From positions 1 through 24,000 of the forward strand of contig JAADCR010000070.1 of NCBI GenBank assembly GCA_013154375.1: a stretch of 24,000 nucleotides of DNA, written 5' to 3'. Source of the stretch: Aquificota bacterium. GTDB lineage: Bacteria; Aquificota; Aquificia; Aquificales; Aquificaceae. Shown piece after piece: positions 1 to 7,926 of the stretch. Under the pieces are notes generated by a model. The model did no database searches and was not told where the DNA came from. It saw only the letters and a program-made list of their open reading frames with translations. The position numbers and the translations under genes are program-made. Within the stretch, counting starts at the first letter, position 1; every line of letters begins with the position of its first letter.

Positions 1-380
1 TCGGAGTTGTAGTAGAACTTAACGCCTTGCTCCTCGAGCCGTCTTCTTAACGAGAGGTAGTTAACGAGGTTACCGTTGTGTACGAGCGCAACTTTCCCTA
101 AGGGCGTCTCACGGACTATGGGCTGGGCGTTGCTCGGGCCCGAGCCGCCGGCGGTAGAGTAGCGCACGTGGGCCACGGCTTTGTCGCCTTTAAGGTAGGC
201 GAGGTCTTCCTTGGTTATGCTCTCGAGCACTTTCCCGGGCTTTTTGACCGTGTATATGCCTTTACCCTCGGACGAGCTTATGCCTACGCTCTCTTGCCCG
301 CGGTGCTGGAGTGAGTAGACGAGCAGGTACGCGTACTGGGAAGCCCGTTCGGAGTTAAAGACGCCCGCGATGCCGCACAT
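1..380 (-). CDS. purF: Amidophosphoribosyltransferase, N-terminal part (gene continues beyond the window start)
   Basis: My reverse-strand translation starts MCGIAGVFNSERASQYAYLLVYSLQHRGQESVGI...AHVRYSTAGGSGPSNAQP...LVHNGNLVN. It has the N-terminal catalytic Cys2 of class II glutamine amidotransferases and the PurF-type HVRYSTxG/NAQP/HNGNL motifs. The ATG complement is at 378-380. It is absent from the ORF track because it runs off the window edge. Confidence 0.85.
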   Translation of the reverse strand, partial: MCGIAGVFNSERASQYAYLLVYSLQHRGQESVGISSSEGKGIYTVKKPGKVLESITKEDLAYLKGDKAVAHVRYSTAGGSGPSNAQPIVRETPLGKVALVHNGNLVNYLSLRRRLEEQGVKFYYNS

Positions 381-397
381 AGAAGCTACTTCTCAAG

Positions 398-407
398 ATT
401 ATAAAAT
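398..407. promoter_or_regulatory. Overlapping back-to-back -10-like boxes for divergent purF and ispH
   Basis: ATTATAAAAT reads TAAAAT on the + strand (402-407), 8 nt before the ispH ATG. It reads TATAAT on the - strand (complement of 398-403), 17 nt before the purF ATG. Confidence 0.3.
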
Positions 408-415
408 AGGTGCCT

Positions 416-1267
416 ATGGTAGAGATACTCGTAGCCGAGCACGCGGGCTTCTGCTTCGGCGTTAAGCGGGCCGTAAAGCTGGCCGAAGAGCAGGCGCGTA
501 AAAAGAGCCGCGTCTACACGCTCGGCCCGATTATCCACAACCCTCAGGAGGTTAACCGTCTAAAGGGGCTGGGCGTAGAGCCGCTAAAGGGTGAGGCGCC
601 CGAGGGCTCTACGCTGGTGGTCCGCTCGCACGGCATCCCTCCCCAAGAAGAGAGAAAGCTTAAAGAGGCCGGGTACGAGCTGGTGGACGCCACCTGTCCT
701 TACGTAAAGGCCGTCCACGAGGCGGTCTGCCGTCTGGCGAAGGAAGGCTACTTCGTCGTCATCGTGGGTGAGAAGAACCACCCCGAGGTGGTCGGGACGC
801 TGGGCTACCTTAAGGCCTGTAACGGCAAAGGGGAGGTCGTCGAGAGTAAAGAGGACCTCGAGCGCGTGACGGTCTACGAGCGCGTGGGCGTGGTAGCCCA
901 GACGACGCAGAACGAGGCGTTCTTTAAAGAAGTAGTAGGCGAGCTTGCGCTCTGGGTAAAGGAGCTTAAGGTTATAAACACCATATGTAACGCCACCTCT
1001 CTGCGTCAAGAGAGCGTCCGCGAGCTGGCACCGCGCGTAGACGTTATGATAATCGTCGGCGGGAAAAACAGCGGTAACACGCGGCGGCTCTATCACATAG
1101 CCCGCTCGCTAAACCCGCGGACCTACCACGTGGAGACGGAGGAGGAGCTAAAGCCCGAGTGGTTCGAGGGGGCTAAACGCGTAGGCCTCTCGGCGGGAGC
1201 CTCCACGCCCGACTGGATAATAAAGCGCGTGAAAGATAAAATAAAAGAGCTATGCTCCGGCTCCTGA
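416..1267 (+). CDS. ispH: 4-hydroxy-3-methylbut-2-enyl diphosphate reductase (IspH/LytB)
   Basis: MVEILVAEHAGFCFGVKRAV..GPIIHNPQEV..DATCPYV..NTICNATS..GGKNSGNTRRL has the three conserved Cys of the 4Fe-4S site. The N-terminus mirrors Aquifex IspH as I recall it, so ATG 416 is preferred over the GTG at 410 used by the ORF track. Confidence 0.95.
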   Translation: MVEILVAEHAGFCFGVKRAVKLAEEQARKKSRVYTLGPIIHNPQEVNRLKGLGVEPLKGEAPEGSTLVVRSHGIPPQEERKLKEAGYELVDATCPYVKAVHEAVCRLAKEGYFVVIVGEKNHPEVVGTLGYLKACNGKGEVVESKEDLERVTVYERVGVVAQTTQNEAFFKEVVGELALWVKELKVINTICNATSLRQESVRELAPRVDVMIIVGGKNSGNTRRLYHIARSLNPRTYHVETEEELKPEWFEGAKRVGLSAGASTPDWIIKRVKDKIKELCSGS

Positions 1268-1749
1268 CGCTCATGCTTTTCAGCCTGCTCTTTGCCTCGG
1301 AGTTTATGAGAGAGGTCGTCAGGGAGCTGGTAAAAGAGCTCCCGCTCGAGCAGGCGGTAAAAGTAGGCAGCGGCGAGCGGGAGCTTATCGTCTTTATGAA
1401 CCCCGACTGCCCGCACTGCCGTAAAGAGTGGGCTGAGCTTAGGAAACACCTCGACGAGCTTAAGCTTTTCGTCTTTTTAGTACCCTTTAAAGGCTGGGGC
1501 GAAGAGAACGCGCGGAAGGTCTACTTCGTCCTCTGCTCGGACGAGCCGGCTGAGGCGCTCGACGCGGTGCTAACGGGTAAGCTCGACGGCAAGGTCCCGC
1601 CCGTAGAGCCGTGCGAGCGCGTGGAGGCTCACCTTAAGGCCGCACGGATAGTGGGCCTCGAGGGCGTGCCCTACAACATCCTCCCGCAGGAGGGCCGCAT
1701 TATAGAAGGTGCCTCGGAAGAGCTTTACCGGCTGCTGGGCCTGCGGTAA
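1252..1749 (+). CDS. Secreted thioredoxin-fold thiol:disulfide oxidoreductase (DsbA/DsbC-like)
   Basis: It has a hydrophobic N-terminal signal (MLRLLTLMLFSLLFA) and a CPHC active-site motif (NPDCPHCRKEW). It overlaps the ispH 3' end by 16 nt. Confidence 0.7.
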   Translation: MLRLLTLMLFSLLFASEFMREVVRELVKELPLEQAVKVGSGERELIVFMNPDCPHCRKEWAELRKHLDELKLFVFLVPFKGWGEENARKVYFVLCSDEPAEALDAVLTGKLDGKVPPVEPCERVEAHLKAARIVGLEGVPYNILPQEGRIIEGASEELYRLLGLR

Positions 1750-1764
1750 GTATAATCTGAACTT

Positions 1765-2946
1765 ATGCTTACTAAAGAAGAGAAGAAGGTCGTAGCGGGC
1801 ATAACCTTCGTCGTCGTAGCCCGGTTTTTAGGCCTGTTTCTGCTCCTGCCCGTTTTAGCGCCTTACGTAAAGACGCTCGAGGGCGCCACCCCCCTGCTCG
1901 TGGGTCTCGCCGTAGGCGTTTACGGCTTTACGCAGGCGCTCCTACAGATACCCTTCGGCTACCTCTCGGACAAGTACTCGAGAAAAGCCGTAATTAGTGC
2001 GGGTCTGCTCGTCTACGCGCTGGGGAGCTTTTTAGGCGCCGTCGTAAGCACGGCTTGGGGTATGGTGCTGGCGCGCTTCCTTCAGGGCGCGGGAGCCATA
2101 TCCTCGGCCGCTATAGCCCTCGCGGCGGACCTCGTGCGCGAGGAGGTCCGTACGGTAGCCTTCGCGCACATAGGCGCCGCCATAGGTCTTACTTTTGCCT
2201 TCAGCATCGTCGTCTCGCCGCTGCTTGCAGGCTATCTGGGCGTACCCGCCCTCTTCGTCCTTACGGGCCTTCTCAGCCTTCTGGCCCTGCTTTACCTCTG
2301 GCTCTTTATAAAAGAGCCCGAGCGCCACAGAAAAGAGATTGAGCCGTTTCTAAAGACGCTCCCGTCTATACTCCGCGACCGCAACCAGCTCGTTATAGAC
2401 CTCTCGGTCATGCTCTTACACCTCGTTCTTGTGGCCCTCTTTACCGTAGTGCCCGTGGAGCTTATAGAGCGCTACGGTCTGCCCAAGCCCGAGCACTGGA
2501 AGGTGTACCTCCCGGTAATTTTGGTCTCGTTAGCGGTCATGGTGCCGGCGGTTATAGCCGCCGAGAAGCGCGGCAGGATTAAAGAGGTCTACCTGTCGGG
2601 CGTGGCGCTGATAGCCCTCGGCTTTCTCGTCTACCTGCTCGTACCCGGCTTCTGGGGTCTCGTGGGCATGCTGCTACTCTTCTTCGTAGGCTTTCACCTC
2701 CTCGAGCCCGTCCTGCCCTCGCTCCTTACCAAGCTCGCCGGGCCCGAAAAAAGGGGCATCGCCGTAGGCGTTTACAACACCTTCCAGTTCGTAGGAGCCT
2801 TTACCGGCGGTCTCTTGGGCGGCCTGTTTTTAAAGCTCGGGAGCGCGGTCATGAGTATTACGCTGGGCCTGCTCTCGCTTTTTTGGCTGCTTCTCGTCGG
2901 CAGCTGGATTAAAAGCGCCCCCTTAGGCGGGCAGAGGGGCGCATGA
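1765..2946 (+). CDS. Major facilitator superfamily transporter
   Basis: The 393-aa protein is highly hydrophobic, with about 12 predicted TM segments. An MFS motif-A-like GYLSDKYSRKAVI follows TM2. Confidence 0.8.
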   Translation: MLTKEEKKVVAGITFVVVARFLGLFLLLPVLAPYVKTLEGATPLLVGLAVGVYGFTQALLQIPFGYLSDKYSRKAVISAGLLVYALGSFLGAVVSTAWGMVLARFLQGAGAISSAAIALAADLVREEVRTVAFAHIGAAIGLTFAFSIVVSPLLAGYLGVPALFVLTGLLSLLALLYLWLFIKEPERHRKEIEPFLKTLPSILRDRNQLVIDLSVMLLHLVLVALFTVVPVELIERYGLPKPEHWKVYLPVILVSLAVMVPAVIAAEKRGRIKEVYLSGVALIALGFLVYLLVPGFWGLVGMLLLFFVGFHLLEPVLPSLLTKLAGPEKRGIAVGVYNTFQFVGAFTGGLLGGLFLKLGSAVMSITLGLLSLFWLLLVGSWIKSAPLGGQRGA

Positions 2947-4274
2947 GACTCCTTCTGCTTCTTATCCTTGCCGCCTTTTTAAGCCTCCTGCCCAACTTAA
3001 ACGCGTTTCCCTTTAGGGGCGAGGAGGCTACGCGTGCCATCGTGGCCTTCGAGATGGCCCACTCGGGTAAGTACTTCCAGCCCACTATACTGGGCGAGCC
3101 TTACTTTAACAAACCGCCCCTATTTAACTGGCTTATAGTGCTGTACGCTAAGCTCCTCGGCTGGGACGTCGTAACGGCGCGGGCCGTAAGCGTAACCTTT
3201 ACCTTCCTAAACGGTCTTTTGGTGGCCCTTCTGCTTCTTAGCTTAGGACTTAAGCCCGAGAAGGCCCTTCTGGGCTTTCTGGCCTTCGTGACTCTTGCCG
3301 ACGTGCTTTTCTGGTACGGCTGGCTTGCCGAGATTGACGTCACGCTTACCTTCTTTACCTTCCTGCTGTTTTTAAGCCTCTGGCGCTACCGCGAGACGAG
3401 ACGGCTCGGTTACCTCTACGCGGCCTCCCTCCTTACGGGCGTCACCTTTATGCTTAAAGGCTTCCCCGCCTTCGCCTTCTTCGGCCTTAGCCTGTTGGCC
3501 CTTGCCGTCTACGAGCGGCGCTTTCTCTTTCTCTTCTCCCGCTCCTTTTTAGCAGCCTACGCGCTGGCGCTCGTCTCGTCCCTCTGGTGGCTCCCCCTGT
3601 CGGACTACCCCCTTCTGTACCTAAAGACGCTATGGCGGGAGAGCTTCAGCCGCGTGGAGAGCTCTAAAGACGCTTACGCGTTCTTAAAGCACCTTATCAC
3701 CTACCCGCTTTTAAACTTTAAGCAGCTGCTTCCCCTCTCGCCCTTCGTCCTTTACGCCCTCTGGCGCTACCGGCCCGCTTTAGACCGCCCTTACCGGTTT
3801 TTCGCCCTTCTTGCGGGTTTTAACTACCTTCCCTACCTCCTCTCGGCCGCCAGTAGGGGCAGGTACGTCCTGCCGCTGTTTCCGCTTGTTACCGTAATAG
3901 GCGTTAAGCTCTTAAAAGAGCGGCTCGTAAAGCTCTTTCTGCTGGCGGTAGGCGTAGCGGTGCTGCTGAGGCTGCTTTTCGGTCTTTTCTACCTGCCTTA
4001 CCTGAACGAGAAGCGCGGCAAGCCTAAAGAGAAGGCCTACGAGCTGGCCAAGCTCGTAGAGGGACACGAGGTGGCCTGTAACTGCCCTAAAGACTTCTGT
4101 TTATACTTAGACTTTTACTTAGGACGGCCGCTTTACAAAGAGCGGCTCGTACCCGGCTGGCGTTACCTCGTAGACTGTAAAGAGAGGCCTTTTAAGCTCG
4201 TAAGAAGGTACCGGCTCGGTAGTAAGGAGGTGTTCGTGTATGAGAGGGCTGTTGGCGCTGCTGGCGCTAATTAG
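2943..4274 (+). CDS. ArnT/PMT-like membrane glycosyltransferase (GT39/GT83-type)
   Basis: It is a polytopic membrane protein whose N-terminal region (EEATRAIVAFEMAHSGKYFQPTILGEPYFNKPPLFNWL) is typical of the 4-amino-4-deoxy-L-arabinose / dolichyl-phosphate-mannose transferase family. An ATGA overlap joins it to the upstream MFS gene. Confidence 0.75.
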   Translation: MRLLLLLILAAFLSLLPNLNAFPFRGEEATRAIVAFEMAHSGKYFQPTILGEPYFNKPPLFNWLIVLYAKLLGWDVVTARAVSVTFTFLNGLLVALLLLSLGLKPEKALLGFLAFVTLADVLFWYGWLAEIDVTLTFFTFLLFLSLWRYRETRRLGYLYAASLLTGVTFMLKGFPAFAFFGLSLLALAVYERRFLFLFSRSFLAAYALALVSSLWWLPLSDYPLLYLKTLWRESFSRVESSKDAYAFLKHLITYPLLNFKQLLPLSPFVLYALWRYRPALDRPYRFFALLAGFNYLPYLLSAASRGRYVLPLFPLVTVIGVKLLKERLVKLFLLAVGVAVLLRLLFGLFYLPYLNEKRGKPKEKAYELAKLVEGHEVACNCPKDFCLYLDFYLGRPLYKERLVPGWRYLVDCKERPFKLVRRYRLGSKEVFVYERAVGAAGAN

Positions 4275-4500
4275 TCTGGCTTACGCGGTGCCTAAGTACT
4301 TAGAGGACTGCCTCGAGAGCGCCCTCGACCTTAAGAAGGCGCTCGAGAAGGCCGAGCCTTACACGGGTAAAGTCTACAAGGCCTACCTCTCGAAGCGGAA
4401 AAAGACGGGCGAGTGCCTGTACAAGATAAAGGGCGTTAAGGGGACGGCCGTCTTAGACGCTACTACGGGCGAGCTGGTTAACTTCTTTAAACGCAGGTGA
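4240..4500 (+). CDS. Small secreted protein, PepSY-like
   Basis: The 86-aa protein has a signal peptide (MRGLLALLALISLAYA). Its C-terminal YKIKGVKGTAVLDATTGELVNF resembles the PepSY beta-hairpin signature. Confidence 0.5.
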   Translation: MRGLLALLALISLAYAVPKYLEDCLESALDLKKALEKAEPYTGKVYKAYLSKRKKTGECLYKIKGVKGTAVLDATTGELVNFFKRR

Positions 4501-5917
4501 AGCGCTTTACGAGCCTTACGGGCGAGCGCGGGAAGTGCTTGTCGGCAAAGTAGAACGAGACCTCGGCCGTAGAGCGCCCGAGCGTGACCACGGCGTAGCC
4601 CCACAGCTGGTGGCTCACCCACTTTAGGCTCTCGTTCTCCTTTAGCTCCCGCGTCTCGGTTATCTGAGGGTCGGGACCGCCTTTACGGCGGTAGCGGTCC
4701 AGACCGTTAAACGAGCTTAACGGCGGCGCCACCACCTCCGTACCCCAAGGATGGGACCAGAGCATGGCCGCGTGGCGGTCGCCCGTAAGCACGAGCACCT
4801 TTTTACCGGCGAAGCGCTTTATTATCTCGTCGCGCTCGCGCGCGTAGCCGTTCCAGCTGTCGAGGTCCTTCCGACGGGGCCTTTTAAGCGGCGAGAAGAG
4901 CACCTCGTTGGCCCACAGAAACCAGCCCTTCTCTTGCCCGAGCTCGTTAAAGAACCACCTTTTCTGCTCCTCTCCGAGCATGGTCTTAGGCTCGCGGCCG
5001 TAGTAAGGCTGGAGGTCGCGGAAGCTCCGCTCGTCGGTTACGACCAGACGGCCCAGCGAGCCGAGCTTAAAGCTCGCGTAGGTGGTGCCGTAAAACGGCG
5101 GCGGCAGTTTTTTTAGGCGGCGCGGCGTAAAGGCCTCCCAGACGCGGACGGCGGCCCGCCTGAGTCTCAGCGTCTCCTCGCGCTTAAGCTCGTACGGGTG
5201 GCCGGGTAGGCGGTAAAAACCCCGCTCGTAGTCAAACGCGTAGTCGTTGGCGTACTCGTGGTCGTCCCAGAGGTAGAGAAAGCTCTGGAGCGCCCGCGCC
5301 TTCTTGTAGCTCTCGTCCGAGAGGTACAGCTTATAAAGGTACGCGTAGTCTTCTTCGGTCAAGCAGACGGTGCCGCCGCTCGGCAGCTCGGGCCGGTAGG
5401 GCCTGACCCCGTCGTAAAACAGCCGCTCGTATATCCGGTCGCCTAAAAAGACCACGAGGTCCAGCTCCTCGGCCGCCAGACCCTCGTAGGCCGCGTAAAA
5501 GCCGTTCTCGTAGTTCTGACAGGTGACGAGGGCTATCTTAAGCCTCTCGGGCTCTTCGGGCAGCGTTTTGAAGGTGCCGCCCGTCTGCGTGCCCAGCGCC
5601 TCAAACAGGTAAAAGTAGCGCTCGCCGGGCTTTAGGCCTTTAAGCCGGAGCTTTACCGTCCCGAAGGGCCCGGGCTTTAAGACGGCCTCGCGGACGGTCC
5701 GTTTCTTGGCGTCGAGCAGGCGGAGCCGTACGGCCGCGTCGGGACGGGTTACGCGCGTCCACAGTAAGACCGAGCGGCTCGTAAGCTCGCCCGAGGCAAC
5801 GCCCTGAGGGAAGAGCTCCTCGCCCTTTTCTAAGCTCTTTATCGCCTCCTCGGCAAAAGGCAGACCTTTTAGGGCGAAGCACGCAAGAGCCGAGCCTAAA
5901 AACTTCCTGCGGTTCAT
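4487..5917 (-). CDS. phoD: PhoD-family alkaline phosphatase / phosphodiesterase, Tat-exported
   Basis: It has a twin-arginine signal (MNRRKFLGSALACFAL) and calcineurin-like/PhoD motifs (FLGDRIYE, WDDHEYANDY, LTGDRHA). Confidence 0.85.
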   Translation of the reverse strand: MNRRKFLGSALACFALKGLPFAEEAIKSLEKGEELFPQGVASGELTSRSVLLWTRVTRPDAAVRLRLLDAKKRTVREAVLKPGPFGTVKLRLKGLKPGERYFYLFEALGTQTGGTFKTLPEEPERLKIALVTCQNYENGFYAAYEGLAAEELDLVVFLGDRIYERLFYDGVRPYRPELPSGGTVCLTEEDYAYLYKLYLSDESYKKARALQSFLYLWDDHEYANDYAFDYERGFYRLPGHPYELKREETLRLRRAAVRVWEAFTPRRLKKLPPPFYGTTYASFKLGSLGRLVVTDERSFRDLQPYYGREPKTMLGEEQKRWFFNELGQEKGWFLWANEVLFSPLKRPRRKDLDSWNGYARERDEIIKRFAGKKVLVLTGDRHAAMLWSHPWGTEVVAPPLSSFNGLDRYRRKGGPDPQITETRELKENESLKWVSHQLWGYAVVTLGRSTAEVSFYFADKHFPRSPVRLVKRFTCV

Positions 5918-5929
5918 AATAATAAAATG
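5915..5929. promoter_or_regulatory. 9-nt divergent spacer between phoD and sirC-like gene, with start-codon-embedded -10-like boxes
   Basis: The sequence is CATAATAATAAAATG. On the + strand CATAAT lies 6 nt before ATG 5927, and on the - strand CATTTT lies 6 nt before the phoD ATG. There is no Shine-Dalgarno site on either side. Confidence 0.3.
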
Positions 5930-6481
5930 CCACTCTTCCCGGTCTTTATAGAGCTTACGGGCAGGCCCGTGCTCGTGGTCGGCGGCGGTAAAGTGGCCGC
6001 GCGAAAAGTCAAGCAGCTTCTGCCCTTTAAGCCGGAGGTAACGCTCGTAAGCCCTAAGGCCACGCCCGAGCTCAGGGAGCTTGCCAAGAGAAAGGTGATA
6101 AAGTGGAAGAGACGGGCCTTCCGCCCGTCGGACCTAAGGGGTAAGCTGCTCGTAGTTTTGGCAACAGACGACGCGCGCCTTCAGGCGCGCGTCTCTAAAC
6201 TCTGTAAAGAGAAAGGTATACTGTGTAACGCCGTGGACGCGCCCGAGCACTGCAGCTTTATCTTCCCTTCGCTCGTAAGGCGGGGCGAGCTCGTCGTAGG
6301 CATAAGCACCTCGGGTAAGGTGCCGGCGCTCTCGAGGGCTTTGCGCGAGAAGCTCGAGGAGCTACTGCCGGAGGAGCTCGGGCGTCTGGTCACGGAGCTC
6401 GAGCGGGCGCGAAGCTCGGGCGTTAGAGGGGAGGAGCTTCTGGAGCTGGCGCGCAGGAGGCTCGGGGAGGTTTTACGATGA
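5927..6481 (+). CDS. Precorrin-2 dehydrogenase / sirohydrochlorin ferrochelatase (CysG N-terminal-domain / SirC-Met8 type)
   Basis: MPLFPVFIELTGRPVLVVGGGKVAARKV carries a Rossmann motif. The 184-aa size and the ...NAVD..E.CSFIFPS...ISTSGK.P pattern are typical of siroheme synthase N-terminal domains. Confidence 0.8.
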   Translation: MPLFPVFIELTGRPVLVVGGGKVAARKVKQLLPFKPEVTLVSPKATPELRELAKRKVIKWKRRAFRPSDLRGKLLVVLATDDARLQARVSKLCKEKGILCNAVDAPEHCSFIFPSLVRRGELVVGISTSGKVPALSRALREKLEELLPEELGRLVTELERARSSGVRGEELLELARRRLGEVLR

Positions 6482-7422
6482 GGCGCGTGGGCTTCGTCTA
6501 CGACCCTATCTACCTTAAGCACGACTGGGAGGGCCACCCGGAGCACAAGGGGAGGCTCGAGGCTATAGTCGACCGGCTCGAGCGGAGCCCGTTAAGGGAG
6601 CGGCTTACTTTTTTAAAGCCGCGGCGGGCAACGCCGGAAGAGGTGGCGCTTAACCACGACCCGGCTTACGTACAGGAGGTTAAGGAGTTCTGCGAGGCGG
6701 GGGGCGGGTTTTTAGACCCCGACACTTACGCCACGCCCTACAGCTACGAGGTGGCCCTGTACGCGGTGGGAGGGCTGCTTAAGGGTGCCGAGGAGCTTAT
6801 AAGCGGCTCCCTCGACGCGGTCTTCTGCGCGGTCCGTCCGCCGGGCCACCACGCGGAGTACGCGCGGGCCATGGGCTTTTGCATCTTTAACAACGCGGCG
6901 GTGCTGGCGCGCTACCTGTTAAAGCGCGGCTTTAAGCGCGTTCTTATTATCGACTTCGACGCGCACCACGGGAACGGGACGCAGCGGAGCTTTTACGAGG
7001 AGGACCGCGTCTTTTACTTCTCGACGCACCAGTACCCGTTTTACCCGGGCACGGGGAGCGCCGACGAGCGGGGGAGCGGCAGGGGTTACGGCTACACGCT
7101 AAACGTCCCTCTACCCGCGGGCGCGGGCGACGAGGAGGTGGTGCCCGTCTACGAGAGGCTGCTGCCCGAGGTTTACGAACGCTTTAGGCCCGAGTTCGTG
7201 GTCGTCTCGGCGGGCTACGACCTGCACGCGGACGACCCGCTTACGCACCTGCGCGTAAGCGACGAGGGGGTGAGGCGGATAGCGCGCAGCATCGTAAAGC
7301 TCTCGGAGGGTCTGCCGCTGCTGTTTACCTTAGAGGGCGGGTACGACCTGAGGGCGCTGGCGGAGGGCGTCCACGCTACGCTGGAGGAGATGCTGTGGGC
7401 CGGCGGAGGAGCGGCAAGGTAA
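6478..7422 (+). CDS. Histone deacetylase-family amidohydrolase (AcuC / acetylpolyamine deacetylase-like)
   Basis: It has RPPGHHA, the zinc and active-site motifs DFDAHHGNGTQ, YPGTG and LEGGY. An ATGA overlap joins it to the upstream gene. Confidence 0.85.
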   Translation: MRRVGFVYDPIYLKHDWEGHPEHKGRLEAIVDRLERSPLRERLTFLKPRRATPEEVALNHDPAYVQEVKEFCEAGGGFLDPDTYATPYSYEVALYAVGGLLKGAEELISGSLDAVFCAVRPPGHHAEYARAMGFCIFNNAAVLARYLLKRGFKRVLIIDFDAHHGNGTQRSFYEEDRVFYFSTHQYPFYPGTGSADERGSGRGYGYTLNVPLPAGAGDEEVVPVYERLLPEVYERFRPEFVVVSAGYDLHADDPLTHLRVSDEGVRRIARSIVKLSEGLPLLFTLEGGYDLRALAEGVHATLEEMLWAGGGAAR

Positions 7423-7709
7423 AGGTGGAGCACCACCTGCTGGAGGGGCTTAAGGAGTACCTTAGGGAGCTCGAGGGCTGGGACTGCGTGGAGAGCATCA
7501 TCCCGGGCAGGATAGTAAGGCAGAACAAGGGCCGCGGCTCGAAGGGCCTGTTTTTAAAGTACAGAACCGTAAGCGGGTTTAAGCTGCTTTACAAAAGCGG
7601 TAGCTCCGTACAGGAGCTGTTCGTCGTCTCGCCCAAGCCCGAGGAGTTTGAGAAGAGGTTTAACGAGCGGTTCAGACCTCGAGGTACTTTAAAAGGCCCT
7701 TCTGGATGA
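7395..7709 (+). CDS. Hypothetical small protein (about 95-104 aa)
   Basis: Its codon usage is consistent with its neighbours. The start is ambiguous, either GTG 7395 or the in-frame GTG 7425. I recognised no firm family motif beyond an IIPGRI...QELFVV pattern. Confidence 0.5.
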   Translation: MGRRRSGKVKVEHHLLEGLKEYLRELEGWDCVESIIPGRIVRQNKGRGSKGLFLKYRTVSGFKLLYKSGSSVQELFVVSPKPEEFEKRFNERFRPRGTLKGPSG

Positions 7710-7905
7710 CCGTCATGAGGTAGCTGAGCTCTTGGTAGCTCAGCTTCATGGCCATGCTTTTGCGCTGCTCTTCGCCCTTTTTACCCTCCTCGAGCCTTAT
7801 AAAGGCTCCGCCCTCGGTAAACTCGAGGCTGAGCTTCCGCCACTCGCCCGTCTTCTCGTTGTACCTAAAAAGCTCGGTCTTTTTACGCTCTTGCTTCTCC
7901 GCCAT
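7672..7905 (-). CDS. Hypothetical small protein, 77 aa (MAEKQERKKTELFRYNEKTGEWRKLSLEF...)
   Basis: The track ORF 7672..8238 would run antisense through hom. The internal ATG at 7905 gives a 77-aa product ending just before the divergent hom gene and shows neighbour-like codon usage. Confidence 0.5.
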   Translation of the reverse strand: MAEKQERKKTELFRYNEKTGEWRKLSLEFTEGGAFIRLEEGKKGEEQRKSMAMKLSYQELSYLMTVIQKGLLKYLEV

Positions 7906-7914
7906 AAAGATTAA

Positions 7915-7920
7915 GATAAT
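7915..7920 (+). promoter_or_regulatory. -10-like box (GATAAT) placed for a leaderless hom transcript
   Basis: GATAAT is followed by 6 nt (ctcttg) and then ATG 7927. TTGCTT lies 18 nt upstream (7891-7896). There is no Shine-Dalgarno site. Confidence 0.35.
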
Positions 7921-7926
7921 CTCTTG

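Noticed and set aside
33-38. Very frequent 6-bp palindromes CTCGAG, CTTAAG and GAGCTC throughout the window (for example 33-38 and 222-227), and the 10-bp ACCTCGAGGT at 7675-7684
   Set aside because: They fall in frame as Leu-Glu, Leu-Lys and Glu-Leu codon pairs (CTC GAG, CTT AAG, GAG CTC), which are the preferred codons of abundant residues. This is a codon-usage by-product, not dispersed repeats or operators. At most it hints that no restriction system targeting these sites is present.
531-539. Perfect DnaA-box consensus TTATCCACA
   Set aside because: It is a single copy inside the ispH coding sequence, where it encodes the conserved IIHN. There is no cluster of boxes, AT-rich unwinding element or dnaA/dnaN nearby, so it does not indicate an origin.
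584-1096. Long antisense ORFs inside confident genes: 584..1096 in ispH, 13201..13692 in minC, 16085..16777, 16437..16820 and 16799..17194 in rho, 17665..18042 in mnmE, and 23298..23780 opposite the PAS gene
   Set aside because: Their products are Ser/Arg/Pro-rich and of low complexity. The dominant codons here (GAG/CTC, AAG/CTT) are reverse complements of each other, so the antisense frames are naturally depleted of stop codons. The sense genes all have clear family motifs.
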